Positions 1 to 9,819 are shown, numbered from the stretch's first letter. The stretch is 64,000 nucleotides of DNA from Candidatus Latescibacterota bacterium (GCA_965208105.1 OZ242318.1:1056001-1120000); one strand, 5' to 3'. Program-made: numbers and translations. The notes: generated from the letters alone by a model not told the origin.

Positions 1-243
1 TATTCCGAAATCTATCTGCAGGTTGGCCCCGTGAACGAGCGTAGCCTGGACACTCAGCTCGAAGTTGGACCAGTTGCCCTTCTGATAGGTCAGTGCGTTG
101 CATTGGTTCAGGCCAGCCGCATCGATGACGAGGGCATCGCCGTCACGAGACCAAACTCTCGGATCATCGGGTTCCCACCCTGCAAGATCATTGCCATGGA
201 GCAGGGATTTCCAATCACCGTCGCATTCGCCAGTTGCTTCCAT
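1..243 (-). CDS. DUF1080 / 3-keto-disaccharide hydrolase-like protein, 5' part (runs off left edge)
   Basis: Not in ORF track. Manual translation from ATG at 243 (RBS AAGGAG): MEATGECDGDWKSLLHGNDLAGWEPDDPRVWSRDGDAL...WSNFELSVQATL...LQIDFGI; clearly similar to the protein at 20605-21261. Confidence 0.75.
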   Translation of the reverse strand, partial: MEATGECDGDWKSLLHGNDLAGWEPDDPRVWSRDGDALVIDAAGLNQCNALTYQKGNWSNFELSVQATLVHGANLQIDFGI

Positions 244-293
244 CAACTCTACTCCTTGCCCGACGCAACGATTGCGCATCACCGTGCGGCCCT

Positions 294-1178
294 TTACCCC
301 TGGTTCAGTTCCGAGGGAATACCCGCTGCATTGACGTTGTCCGCTCCGGCGACGACCGGCCAGGCCTGGCCGCCCTGGAACTCGAAATCCTCGCGTCCGC
401 ACAACCAAAGAAACAGGCGCGCAACGCGCACCGAGTCGTGCCACTTCTCGGGCATCTGGCTGCCCGTGCTGAAGTCGATCTTGGTGAAATCGCACTCTGG
501 ATCGGCGACCCAGTCGCGCGTGGGCGCGGCCGTGCGCCTGTAGTTGTATTTGAGCAGGTCGCGGACCCCCCTACCCGTGGCGGTGGTGCTGCGATGCCAG
601 ATGGAGTAGTGGGTGATGAAGATCGAACCGGCCGGCGCCACGGTCTGCACCCCCTGCCGCATGCTGCCGTACTGGGTCATGTATCGGCGCTTGATACGCA
701 GAAAGTGGGAACTGGGCAAAAACTCGGTTGGCCCCAGCTCGGCGGGCGAATCCTGCGGGTAGTAGAAAACCTGAAGACAGTCCAGCCGCGGCGAGTCGAT
801 GGCCCCGCCGTCGCGGTGCCAGCCGCCGCTCATGGCGAACGGGCCCTGGAGGCGAGTGTCGCTCATGTGCATGGGCAGCGTGAAGTCTTTGCCCAGGAGC
901 GAGCGCACCGCCCCCGCTGCTTGAGGGTTCTTGATGACGTTGTCGACGAACCACTCCTTCTCCAGGATTTCCATCGGCACTAACACCCTGCGGTTTTCGA
1001 GCTGGCCCCCACCGACAGCTTGGGGGTGTTCTAATTCATACCTGTCGATGAACTCCCTGGTCCGGCGGTTGATATCATCGGGGACTACGGCTTCGAACAT
1101 CATGATGCCATTCTTGCAGAAATCAATCACCTGCTGGTCGGTCAGCGTCGGCTCGCAATTGTACTTTTCTCCCAACAT
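294..1178 (-). CDS. Phytanoyl-CoA dioxygenase (PhyH)-family Fe(II)/2OG dioxygenase
   Basis: LTDQQVIDFCKNG N-terminus, WHRD, GPTEFLPSSH and distal WHRS motifs; start moved to ATG 1178 after RBS AAAGGA. Confidence 0.85.
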   Translation of the reverse strand: MLGEKYNCEPTLTDQQVIDFCKNGIMMFEAVVPDDINRRTREFIDRYELEHPQAVGGGQLENRRVLVPMEILEKEWFVDNVIKNPQAAGAVRSLLGKDFTLPMHMSDTRLQGPFAMSGGWHRDGGAIDSPRLDCLQVFYYPQDSPAELGPTEFLPSSHFLRIKRRYMTQYGSMRQGVQTVAPAGSIFITHYSIWHRSTTATGRGVRDLLKYNYRRTAAPTRDWVADPECDFTKIDFSTGSQMPEKWHDSVRVARLFLWLCGREDFEFQGGQAWPVVAGADNVNAAGIPSELNQG

Positions 1179-1462
1179 GATCGGTCCTTTCCGCGTGTTC
1201 AAGTCTCGATGATGGAATCGGCCACCCGCTCCCCGATCGCCCTGGTGGAAAGATTGGTTCTGGCGCGTACGCAGTCAAGCATGATGGCGGAGGCGGCCAC
1301 TCGCAGGTTTTCCACGACCAGGACTAGGACAGGTAAAGAGCATAGTCGCAATTGCAGCAAGTGGCCAGATTCCTAAATGCGGCGGGCTACGAGGCGGACG
1401 ATTGACGCCGGTACGCACGAGACTGTCCCTCTGTCCGGCGCTTCCTAAACTCGGCATCCACA

Positions 1463-1503
1463 CAACACTTTTGTTGACATCAACACTTTTGTTGTGTAAT
1501 TAT
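1463..1503 (+). promoter_or_regulatory. hicAB promoter with tandem palindromic operator
   Basis: CAACACTTTTGTTG occurs at 1463-1476 and 1481-1494 (each CAACA-N4-TGTTG), overlapping TTGACA at 1474-1479 and an AT-rich -10 region; no SD before ATG 1509. Confidence 0.75.
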
Positions 1504-1508
1504 AGAAA

Positions 1509-1697
1509 ATGAAGGCCAGCGAACTCCGGCGCTGGCTCAGGAGACGAGGCTGCACGTTTCATGCGCACAAGGGCGGCAGCGGTCATATAACAGTCCGGCT
1601 TGGGGACCGCACGACTCAGTTGCCTATGCACGGTGGCAACAAGGAATTGGGCCGAGGGCTGGTGGCCAAAATCAAGAAAGACCTGGGGTTGAACTGA
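1509..1697 (+). CDS. hicA: HicA-family mRNA interferase toxin
   Basis: 62 aa, basic, KGGSGH motif, PMHG...ELGRGLVAKIKKDLGL end; TGATG overlap with next gene. Confidence 0.9.
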   Translation: MKASELRRWLRRRGCTFHAHKGGSGHITVRLGDRTTQLPMHGGNKELGRGLVAKIKKDLGLN

Positions 1698-2125
1698 TGC
1701 TGACCTATCCTATTGTACTCGAAGACGATGATAACACCCTGCTAGCTACGTCCCCGGACTTTCCGGAACTCACCACGTTTGGAATGGACCGAGACGAAGC
1801 GCTCGCACGGGCGGTTGACGCGCTAGAGGAGGCCATAGCAGCCCGCATCCACGACGGTCGGGATATTCCGTCCCCTTCACAAGGGCGGGAGGTCGCGGTG
1901 CTGCCTACGCTCACCGCCGTTAAGGTGATGCTGTATCAGGGGATGCGGGAGCAGGGGATCGGCAAGGCAGAGTTAGCGCGTCGCCTCGGCTGGCACCTTC
2001 CCCAAGTGGATCGGGTATTGGACGTTCAGCACAACTCGCGCATGGATCAGCTAGACGCAGCAATGGGTGCCATAGGCAAGCACCTGCACGTTAGGGCTAC
2101 AGACCAACAGAGGGTATCATCCTGA
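1697..2125 (+). CDS. hicB: HicB-family antitoxin with C-terminal HTH
   Basis: YPIVLEDDD...SPDFPELTTFG...EALARAVDALEEAI plus KAELARRLGWHLPQVDRVLD HTH. Confidence 0.9.
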   Translation: MLTYPIVLEDDDNTLLATSPDFPELTTFGMDRDEALARAVDALEEAIAARIHDGRDIPSPSQGREVAVLPTLTAVKVMLYQGMREQGIGKAELARRLGWHLPQVDRVLDVQHNSRMDQLDAAMGAIGKHLHVRATDQQRVSS

Positions 2126-2178
2126 CGTTGCGGATCATGCGCGGTTGCAGGCCGTCGCGTGCAGCCGGTTTGTTAGAC
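2120..2178 (-). repeat. Classical-type attC site (59 bp), R' degenerate
   Basis: Minus strand GTCTAAC-AAACCG-GCTGCACGCG...CGCATGATC-CGCAAC-GTCAGGA, directly after the stop of 2186-2953; R'' matches RYYYAAC and L'' has an extra G. Confidence 0.6.
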
Positions 2179-2185
2179 AAAATGC

Positions 2186-2953
2186 TCAGGCCATCTCTGC
2201 GACCATCCACTGCATGGAGCGCCGCCGCATGACCCGTTTAAACGGGAGATTTCCCGGTTCAGCAAGGAAGCAGAGAATCTCACCGGATGTGGAGGGCAGC
2301 ATCACTGCCACATGGAGGCCGTCGCGCCAAGTGCACGGCCATTGCGGGGCACCTACCACCACAAGGTCGCAGTTGGACTGTACATGGCCATCGCGGATGA
2401 GCGGTTGCATCGTCGTGACGAACGAGATGTGTGATGGCCCGTCAGTAGTATCCTCGGCCAGACCAAACAGTTGGCGGATTCCTACCTGAACCGAGTGTCC
2501 CTGCCGGACATGCTCTTTCAGTTCCTCCAAATCGCCGCGTACGCCATTGCCATCAGCATCGTGTTCGTAGACCGTACGCCAGCGGTCGCAGATAAACCAC
2601 CGATATATCCCGTACGGATAGGCCTGGCTCTCATCCAGGCGCACATCATGCCACATCCACTTCACGTGAGAAAAGGTCCCGGAGTCGTCGTATTTGAAGA
2701 TGCTGATGTATGGTTGATGTATGTCTTGGCCGCGGTGTGAATAGCTATGGTGATGGCTCATGAGTCCGGCAAACGCGTCACTCTCACCGGCGTAAGTCTG
2801 CTGAAAATAGAGCGTTTCCTCGTACCGATCTGTGGTCATGTAAAGCCTGAGATCTGCGCCTCGGCCCACTGCCGCCGCCAAGTCGGACACCTCGCCATGG
2901 GATGAGGTCAGGTCCGTCTGCTGTTCGAGGGCAAGAGTCCAGTAGTGTCCCAT
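2186..2953 (-). CDS. Hypothetical protein (two internally similar halves)
   Basis: Protein-like from MGHYWTL (ATG 2953, RBS GGAAAGGAAA); DLAAAVGRGADL and ELKEHVRQGHSV segments resemble each other. Confidence 0.7.
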   Translation of the reverse strand: MGHYWTLALEQQTDLTSSHGEVSDLAAAVGRGADLRLYMTTDRYEETLYFQQTYAGESDAFAGLMSHHHSYSHRGQDIHQPYISIFKYDDSGTFSHVKWMWHDVRLDESQAYPYGIYRWFICDRWRTVYEHDADGNGVRGDLEELKEHVRQGHSVQVGIRQLFGLAEDTTDGPSHISFVTTMQPLIRDGHVQSNCDLVVVGAPQWPCTWRDGLHVAVMLPSTSGEILCFLAEPGNLPFKRVMRRRSMQWMVAEMA

Positions 2954-2970
2954 TGTGCGCGTTTCCTTTC

Positions 2971-3120
2971 CTAGCAACGGGGTGGGGCATAGTCGCCATC
3001 GCAACAAGCAGCCAGAACACCATGATAGGGCACCTGAGTCAGCCGCGGCGGCGGCACCAGCGCCTCCAGTTTCTCGATCAACTCTTCGGGGGGAAGCAGC
3101 ACGCGGGGCGTGCCGTCGTA
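2971..3120 (-). pseudogene. IS91/ISCR-family (Y2 rolling-circle) transposase fragment
   Basis: Manual translation YDGTPRVLLPPEELIEKLEALVPPPRLTQVPYHGVLA matches the IS91-family C-terminal motif DGT...ELIEKLAALVPPPR...RYHGVLAP; no start, 49 codons only. Confidence 0.75.
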
Positions 3121-3201
3121 TCAATCAAATGATCAAGGAGCGCGATAGAACTATCGCCAGCTTCCTAAAGCGCCAGCAGTGCAAAAGGTTGTACCACACA
3201 G

Positions 3202-3648
3202 CTAACGGGCATCTGCCTCATCCAGGGCCTCCCCGAGCGCCTGCGCCAACCCGTCGGGATCGTCCGTCCCAATCCTGCACGTTTTGCCGTTCCTCATCAG
3301 AAGTTCAATCGCCGAGCGCCCGTATATGCTGTAAAGCCAGCCGCGCGGCGTGTATCGAATTCCCCAGCCGTAGTACCACGGATTCACCACTTTCGCGTAG
3401 GACTCGACTTCGCTTAGCTGAATGCGTTTACGGATGACTCCCACCCCGAATTGAACCGCAATAACCCCGCCGCCGACCCTTACCGTCAAGCTCGAGAACA
3501 GTGCCAGCAATATGAGCATGACAATCAGGGGAATCAAAGTAGCCGGTTTAAATTCCGAGAAGATATTTGAACAGACTAAAAACAGGACGACAGCGCTGTA
3601 CGCGATCAGGTGTATGTAACCAACTTGGGTGTGTTCGTATTCTTTCAT
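3202..3648 (-). CDS. Small membrane protein (two TM helices plus PH-like cytoplasmic domain)
   Basis: YEHTQVG start, two hydrophobic stretches, WYYGWGIRY...IGTDDP conserved-looking motifs. Confidence 0.7.
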   Translation of the reverse strand: MKEYEHTQVGYIHLIAYSAVVLFLVCSNIFSEFKPATLIPLIVMLILLALFSSLTVRVGGGVIAVQFGVGVIRKRIQLSEVESYAKVVNPWYYGWGIRYTPRGWLYSIYGRSAIELLMRNGKTCRIGTDDPDGLAQALGEALDEADAR

Positions 3649-3703
3649 CAACTCCCAACGCTTTTCCTAGGTTCCTTCTCTCCGTGCCAATTCGTACGGC
3701 GGC

Positions 3704-4795
3704 TCAGAGTAGAATCATCCCACGGGCGACTTTCCCTTCCAGCATGTCGTCAAAAGCTTCGTTCACTTCCTCCAACCGATATGTTCGGGTGATTAATTCG
3801 TCCAGCTTGAGGACGCCGGCGCGATACAGTCCAAGCAGGCGCGGCATATCGTATCGAGATCGAGATGATCCGTAACAACACCCTTTGACCGTTTTCTCGT
3901 CCCAGAAGACCACTCCCGGGTCAAGATCAAGCGGCTCGCGCGGAGGTGCGCCCACCCAGACAGCCGTTCCTCCACGCCGGATTGCGTGCACCACCTGCTC
4001 GTAAGTTGTGCGCGTGCCTATGGCTTCAAACGCATACTCGACGCCTAATCCATCGGTCAAAGCGCGAATCTCCTCTACCGGATCAACCTCGTCCGCATTG
4101 ACCGTATGCGTGGCGCCAAACTCCAAGGAAAGTGCCAGTTTCGACTCGAGCAGATCGACCGCGACGATTTTCGCCGCGCCCGCAATGGCAGCCCCTTGAA
4201 TCACATTCAAGCCGATACCGCCCGCACCAAACACGGCGACGCTGCTGCCAGGACGCACCTGCGCGGTGTTGGTCGCGGCACACACCCCGGTCGTAACACT
4301 GCAGCCAATCAGCGCAGCCTTGTCCAGTGGAATATCCCGATCAATGGGCACCGCACAGGATTCGGGAATCACACTGTACTCGGCGAAAGAAGCCACCGTG
4401 GCAAAGTGATGAATGGATTTCCCGTTTTTCTTGTAACGCGTCGTGCCGTCCGCCAGGAATCCCTTCTTTTTCTTGCGTGCCGTCAAACAAAGATTGGAGC
4501 GGCCCTCGGCGCAGTAGGTGCAATGACCGCAGGACTCCATCCATGAAAGAATGACGTGGTCCCCGGGTTTTACCAACGTGACTCCCTTGCCGACCTCCTC
4601 AACCACACCCGCCCCTTCATCGCCCAGCACCGTAGGCAATGGAGGATCGAGCAGTCCGGTGACAACATGGTAGCAGCTATGGCACACGCCCGTAGCTGCC
4701 ATCTTGACGAGCACCTCCCTCTCTTTCGGAGCTTCCATCTCAATATCTTCGACGACAACTGGTTGATTCTGTTCGTACAAGACTGCGGCTTTCAT
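3704..4795 (-). CDS. Zn-dependent alcohol dehydrogenase (class III-like MDR)
   Basis: GVCHS, GDEGAG, CGHCTYC...C structural Zn, GAGGIG NAD motif. Confidence 0.92.
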   Translation of the reverse strand: MKAAVLYEQNQPVVVEDIEMEAPKEREVLVKMAATGVCHSCYHVVTGLLDPPLPTVLGDEGAGVVEEVGKGVTLVKPGDHVILSWMESCGHCTYCAEGRSNLCLTARKKKKGFLADGTTRYKKNGKSIHHFATVASFAEYSVIPESCAVPIDRDIPLDKAALIGCSVTTGVCAATNTAQVRPGSSVAVFGAGGIGLNVIQGAAIAGAAKIVAVDLLESKLALSLEFGATHTVNADEVDPVEEIRALTDGLGVEYAFEAIGTRTTYEQVVHAIRRGGTAVWVGAPPREPLDLDPGVVFWDEKTVKGCCYGSSRSRYDMPRLLGLYRAGVLKLDELITRTYRLEEVNEAFDDMLEGKVARGMILL

Positions 4796-4850
4796 GCTTC
4801 TACCCTCAAGACTTTAACCCCGATTCCGTATTCACTGGCCGGGTTGGCGG

Positions 4851-6176
4851 CTACAGCTCGACCTTCTTGAAGTGAGGCAACCACTTTTCATTCTTGCGGA
4901 GCATCTCCTTCACCATCTTGCGCGCCTCGGCGAGCGACAGCTTGGCGGCGGTCAACGGATCGTGGGCAATCGCCTGGTAGACCAGCTCGGCGTCCCCTTT
5001 GAGACAGCCCTCCACCGCCATCATCTCGATCTGAGCGCTCAGCCCGGTGAGCATGGCACATTGCGGCGGCAGCCTGCCCACCCGGATCGGCTCGAACCCT
5101 TTGCGGCTGGCGACCACCGGCACCTCGACGCAGGCCCCGCCCGGGAGGTTGTCCACCAGGCCATCGTTGGCAACGTTCCCGTTGAACTCGAAGATCTCGC
5201 CGCCCACGAAGGCGTTGATGATCGACGCGGCGTACTCGTGACCGCGCTCCAGCGGCACCTCGTCTGTCGCGAGCCATTCTCGCACCGAACGCCGCCAGGT
5301 CTTTTCGCGTTTTCGGTACTCGTTGAGAATGTAGGCGTAGCGGCCCGGATTCCACCCGGTCCCGGTGGTGCAGTACTGACGAATCAGATCAGGCCGTTTG
5401 CGAAACCACCAGTTGTACTCCGAGTTGTGCCCGCTGGATTCAGTGACGTAGCGGCCCAGGGCGAGGAACATTTCGTTCCGCACCAACTCGTGGTTGTACA
5501 CCTTCTTGTCGGTGGACACCACCTTTTTCAGTTTGGGATACAGGTCGCGGCCACGGTGCTCCAGCTTCAAGTACCAGGCCATATGGTTGATGCCGGCGCA
5601 CTGGTAATCCATCTGCCCCGGCTTCAAACCCAACCAGCTTTCGAGCATGGCGGCGGTCCCCTGGACGGAGTGGCACAGGCCGGTGAGCTGGATCCCGGTC
5701 TCGCGTTGCATGGCGTGGCACAGCATCGCCATCGGGTTGGTGTAGTTGAGCATGATGGCGCGGGGACAGAGCTCCTCCATGTCGCGGGCGATCGCCAGCA
5801 TCTCCGGAATAGTGCGCAGAGCGCGGAAGATGCCGCTCGGACCACGGGTGTCCCCCACGTTGGTGTTGATGCCGTACTTCTTCGGTATCAGGATGTCGTG
5901 CTGCCAGACGCGGGTGGCGCCGCGGAGGATGGTAACGCAGACGGCGTCCGCACGTGAAAGTACCTGGCGCCGATCGGTGGTGGCGGTGACGGTCGCTCCG
6001 TAGCCGCCCTGGTCGATCAGCTTGCGACAGGCGCGGCGGGCAAAATCGAGTCGTTGTTTGTTGATGTCTACCAGGGCGATCTCGGCGTTGCGCAGGCGAT
6101 CGAAGGTGAGCAGATCGCGCACCAGGTTGCGCGTGAACCCGAAGCTGCCCGCTCCTATGAAGACGACTTTCGGCAT
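4851..6176 (-). CDS. melA: NAD-dependent alpha-galactosidase/alpha-glucosidase, glycoside hydrolase family 4
   Basis: [51 protein letters not shown]; start at ATG 6176. Confidence 0.88.
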   Translation of the reverse strand: MPKVVFIGAGSFGFTRNLVRDLLTFDRLRNAEIALVDINKQRLDFARRACRKLIDQGGYGATVTATTDRRQVLSRADAVCVTILRGATRVWQHDILIPKKYGINTNVGDTRGPSGIFRALRTIPEMLAIARDMEELCPRAIMLNYTNPMAMLCHAMQRETGIQLTGLCHSVQGTAAMLESWLGLKPGQMDYQCAGINHMAWYLKLEHRGRDLYPKLKKVVSTDKKVYNHELVRNEMFLALGRYVTESSGHNSEYNWWFRKRPDLIRQYCTTGTGWNPGRYAYILNEYRKREKTWRRSVREWLATDEVPLERGHEYAASIINAFVGGEIFEFNGNVANDGLVDNLPGGACVEVPVVASRKGFEPIRVGRLPPQCAMLTGLSAQIEMMAVEGCLKGDAELVYQAIAHDPLTAAKLSLAEARKMVKEMLRKNEKWLPHFKKVEL

Positions 6177-6265
6177 AGTTCCTCCCCTATTTCGCGCCGT
6201 CGTCCAAATCCGGCGATCAGGCGGGACCACTGCCCGCCGAAGTCGGGGACGACGATTTTCAAAGT

Positions 6266-6811
6266 TTACACCTGCCCTTTCAGGCTTCCCCACGAAATGG
6301 GTGCAACATTCGTCTGGTCTGCAGTGAGATACAACCCGGCGCCAATGTAATAGGATACACCCTCAATCTCGATGGGGGCCACGTAGCTTACCTTGGTGGA
6401 CTCGTCCTCTCCTTCGATCGCCGGATTATCAAAGAGATATTCCGTAAATCCACCCCCGGCTTGTGCCGCCGCGATATTCTGCTGTACGATCTTAACGCCA
6501 TTGCTGTCTTCCGAGTCGATATTATTGACTCCCTCGCGCTCGGGTTTGGTCGCGTGGAAGTAGCCAGTTCCGTCAAAACCAGTGATGAAGATGTAAATTG
6601 GTCCATGCCTCCATTCTTCGTCGGTTCTGAAGGTCTCCAAAATAGCCGCCCGCTCCTCCTCGCCTTGTGCGGACTCCAACAGGCTCTTCGCTTCCAGCAC
6701 GAAATCCTTGAGCGTCTCTCGATCTACTACATCCCTTGCGGCAGCAGCGGCATTTTCTGCTCCACCGAGCAGCCCCATCGCAACCAGGACAAAGGACAAA
6801 ATTCGAATCAT
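6266..6811 (-). CDS. Secreted stand-alone single Cache-domain protein
   Basis: Signal peptide, YIFI...DSNGVKIVQ...GGGFTEY...KVSYV...IGAGLY Cache pattern, C-terminal ISWGSLK tail. Confidence 0.8.
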   Translation of the reverse strand: MIRILSFVLVAMGLLGGAENAAAAARDVVDRETLKDFVLEAKSLLESAQGEEERAAILETFRTDEEWRHGPIYIFITGFDGTGYFHATKPEREGVNNIDSEDSNGVKIVQQNIAAAQAGGGFTEYLFDNPAIEGEDESTKVSYVAPIEIEGVSYYIGAGLYLTADQTNVAPISWGSLKGQV

Positions 6812-6841
6812 GATTTTCTCCCGTAGTTGGTAAAATTCAAG

Positions 6842-7366
6842 TTACCCATCCTTGAACTGGGCAGCGTCTTTGAACCTGCGGCCGCGGTCGGCGACCCGGC
6901 GTTCCCTCACGAACGACATGACTGGTACTCCGTAACCACAGCTCGTCTGGGTCTGCTCCACGTCGACGTCGATCACCTGCCGCGGCGGAAGCTTGAGCTC
7001 CTCTGCGGTAGATTCGAACAACCGCTCCGAAAGCGGTGATTCCCCGAACGGGACAGCCCGGGCGGTGCCATAGAGCCGTACGATAGCCACATCCGCTTCG
7101 CCAAAGGAACAAACCATCACCGTCACCGGCCCACCGGCCTCGGCGTGCCGGGCGGTTTCGTTGCCGCTGCCGGCGTAGTCCAGATAGGCAACCCTGTTGG
7201 GCGTGATAATGTGCAGGGGGGTCGCCCCTTTCGGCGACAGGTTGATGGGGCCGACATTCTTCGGTCCGCAGCGCAATTCCGGATCGGCAGTAGCAATGAA
7301 GAAAACCGCCGAGCTGCGGATCAGATCTGCCTGCTCGTCGGTTATCTGTTTAAAGTATCCTCCCAA
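6842..7366 (-). CDS. Pyridoxamine 5'-phosphate oxidase-like FMN-binding protein
   Basis: FFIATA, NLSPKG, YLDYAGSGNETARH, QTSCGYGVP; TTG start after AAGGAGGG. Confidence 0.88.
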   Translation of the reverse strand: MGGYFKQITDEQADLIRSSAVFFIATADPELRCGPKNVGPINLSPKGATPLHIITPNRVAYLDYAGSGNETARHAEAGGPVTVMVCSFGEADVAIVRLYGTARAVPFGESPLSERLFESTAEELKLPPRQVIDVDVEQTQTSCGYGVPVMSFVRERRVADRGRRFKDAAQFKDG

Positions 7367-7564
7367 TTGTCCCTCCTTTTCTGCTCATGGACTGTCGAGC
7401 AGTCGCATCAGTTGGCGCCGCGCCCAAGTGGACAGGTGGCCGGTAGCGTCCGCGTACCCGTCTTGATCCGGCAGTCGGCAAGTCCATCCGCGGCGGCCCC
7501 GGCCGGCAAGTTCGCGGCTGGGCATCGAGGTGCCGACGTGATCGCACGGACAGCCGCTTTCGCC

Positions 7565-7705
7565 AACGCAGAGTAGCAGGTTCTACCTGCGACCGCGCGA
7601 CGAAATAAGCTACACAACCCGCACAACGTCGGCCATGTACGGTCTCCGCCGCCGTCGCTGTGGGGGCAGGTCAAGCTAACTGTCCGAATTCCGGGGTCCA
7701 CCTCT
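7565..7705 (+). mobile_element. Highly eroded IS3-family remnant(s)
   Basis: 7581-7604 reads FYLRPRDE (cf. FNGRLRDE of IS407-group transposases); TGGGGGCAGGTCA (7661-7673) and AACTGTCCGAATTCCGGGGTCCACCTC (7678-7704) resemble IS3-family right ends. Confidence 0.35.
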
Positions 7706-7722
7706 CTCTCCTTCGTAAAATT

Positions 7723-7977
7723 TGCACATTTACATCTCGTTACAATTGGTTACAAAGCAGCAATCTTCGATTAATAACTGGCTCGTAGTATTAGTTGTAT
7801 CGCTTGGATCGGTGCTTGATCCAGACACTGTGTAACAGATCTCGCAAATAAATATACGATCTGATGCGCATGGCTAACACATAGTTATTTATCAGGAAAG
7901 GTGCATTTTACTTAAATCCATCTCATTTTTGGCGTGTCTGTTGCTGCTGCCAACCACAACTAGGGCCAGCCCAAGAG
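7723..7977 (+). repeat. Copy 1 of ~255-bp duplicated promoter plus decayed signal-peptide coding segment of the TonB receptor
   Basis: Aligns by eye with 11858-12115; start codon lost (CATTTTACTT vs CATTATGATT) and small deletions present. Confidence 0.92.
7730..7754 (+). promoter_or_regulatory. Triple TTACA-N5 direct repeat, OmpR/CpxR-type regulator box
   Basis: TTACA at 7730, 7740, 7750 (10-bp period); same arrangement at 11865, 11875, 11885; an OmpR-family regulator gene lies between the copies. Confidence 0.65.
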
Positions 7978-8111
7978 GCACATAGGTAAAAGAGTATGAA
8001 CAACAACGGGATTAGATTTTCAAAAAAGCGAAGTGGATCAGAGGTTCCAATAAAGGGAATTTCCCTAAATATGGGATTAATTTTCAAAATAAGTCAGATG
8101 GGGATGCGACA

Positions 8112-9716
8112 ATGAAAAAGCTCAGTATTGGCGTTATCGATCTAGTTGCCAGAGGACGTACGCAAGGCCCGTGGGCGCGGACCATGAACGCGAATCTGGC
8201 GGGAATCATGGCCCAAGCAGTTGCCGCATGGTGTGAACAAGAGGGGCATTCCGTTGCGTACACGTGCTATGTCGGCCTTGGAAATCCCGCTGAGGGGCTT
8301 CCTGAAAAATTGGATCTCGCAATTATCTCCTCCTTTTCGCAGGGAGGCCAACTGGCTTATGCGTTGAGCGCCTTTCTCCGGTCCAGGGGCGCCCTCACCG
8401 TACTTGGGGGTCCCCATGCCCGCTGCTATCCTCAGGATGCCCAGAAGTATTTCGATTACGTTGTTGGTTTCGCCGACAAAACTCTCATCCAGAACATTTT
8501 ACAGGACTGCTCTCAGCACCGGCCCCTAGGTATTCATGTTTCGGCAGAAAGGCACCCTTCGACCTTGCCCAGCGTACAAGAGCGCTGGAAATTCATAGAA
8601 ATCGCCCTCCGCAAGGCTCCATTTAAAAAATCGGTCCCCATGATTGGCAGTCTGGGATGCCCCTACAGATGCAGTTTCTGTATCGATTCGGTCATTCCCT
8701 ACCAGTCTCTGGATTTCGATGTGATCAAGGCAGATCTGCGTTTCATTCTGGGAAAGTTCAAGCACCCCGTGGTGGGCTGGCATGATCCCAACTTCGGCAT
8801 TCGATTCGACGACTGTTTGTCTGCCATAGAGGAGGCGGTACCTCCAGGCCGCATGAGCTTCGTTGCCGAAAGCAGTCTGTCTCTTCTCTCGGAACCCCAC
8901 GTGAAACGACTCCAGAAGAATGGATTCATGGCCTTGTTGCCGGGAATCGAGTCATGGCGGGACTTCGGCAACAAATCGAAAACCGGGAAAAATCAAGGCA
9001 TGGACAAGGTTCGGCAAGTCTCTGAGCAGGTCAATATGATCTTGAGATATATTCCCTACGTTCAAACCAACTTCGTCTTCGGACTCGACGCCGACGAAGG
9101 GTCGGAACCCTTCGAGCTCACCAAGCGCTTCCTTGATATGACTCCCGGCATCTACCCCGCCAATTCGCTATTGACGGCCTATGGGCAAGCGAGTCCTCTC
9201 AACCTTGAATATCAAGAGGCGGGGCGGGTTCTGCCCATTCCGTTCTACTTTCTCGACAGCTCTCAAGGAATGAATATCAAGCCCAAGAACTACACATGGA
9301 AAGAACTCTATGACAACATGGTCAGCTTGACCAGGCACAATACATCATACAGATATCTTCTCAAAAACAGCCGGGCGATTCCCGGCATCTCCATTCGGTT
9401 TATACAATTTATCCGCTTTCTATCGTGGTTCAATCGACTTAAATTTTTCAGTGAAATCCGGCGGAGACTCGATGAAGACCCGCAGGTTCGGTCTTTCTTC
9501 GAGGGAGATACGACAGAAATTCCACAGTTCTACGTGGAGAAGATAAGGCGTAGTCTAGGCCCGTTGTGGGATTGGCTCCCAGAAGGCGCCTTGTATCATG
9601 ATCCGAATGCCTATCTCAAATCACAGAAAAATCCATCTTCTGTCGACGTCTCTGTGGACTGGTCCCACACGGATACGCCTTTGGAGTCCTCCCGCGCAGT
9701 CCCTCCTGAAAATTAA
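8112..9716 (+). CDS. B12-binding domain radical SAM protein
   Basis: VLGGPHA B12-domain motif, GCPYRCSFC, WHDPNFG, NFVFGLD. Confidence 0.88.
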   Translation: MKKLSIGVIDLVARGRTQGPWARTMNANLAGIMAQAVAAWCEQEGHSVAYTCYVGLGNPAEGLPEKLDLAIISSFSQGGQLAYALSAFLRSRGALTVLGGPHARCYPQDAQKYFDYVVGFADKTLIQNILQDCSQHRPLGIHVSAERHPSTLPSVQERWKFIEIALRKAPFKKSVPMIGSLGCPYRCSFCIDSVIPYQSLDFDVIKADLRFILGKFKHPVVGWHDPNFGIRFDDCLSAIEEAVPPGRMSFVAESSLSLLSEPHVKRLQKNGFMALLPGIESWRDFGNKSKTGKNQGMDKVRQVSEQVNMILRYIPYVQTNFVFGLDADEGSEPFELTKRFLDMTPGIYPANSLLTAYGQASPLNLEYQEAGRVLPIPFYFLDSSQGMNIKPKNYTWKELYDNMVSLTRHNTSYRYLLKNSRAIPGISIRFIQFIRFLSWFNRLKFFSEIRRRLDEDPQVRSFFEGDTTEIPQFYVEKIRRSLGPLWDWLPEGALYHDPNAYLKSQKNPSSVDVSVDWSHTDTPLESSRAVPPEN

Positions 9717-9819
9717 TCGTTTGCGATCAAAGCACAGAAAAGATCTACTTACAGTTTGAGACTATCTTTCTTACGACCTAAATTTTTAATTGAAGCTCGT
9801 TTGCAGGATCATAATTTGG

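Noticed and set aside
2970-3031. Possible degenerate attC upstream of 2186-2953
   Set aside because: Better explained as coding sequence of the IS91 transposase fragment (YHGVLA motif).
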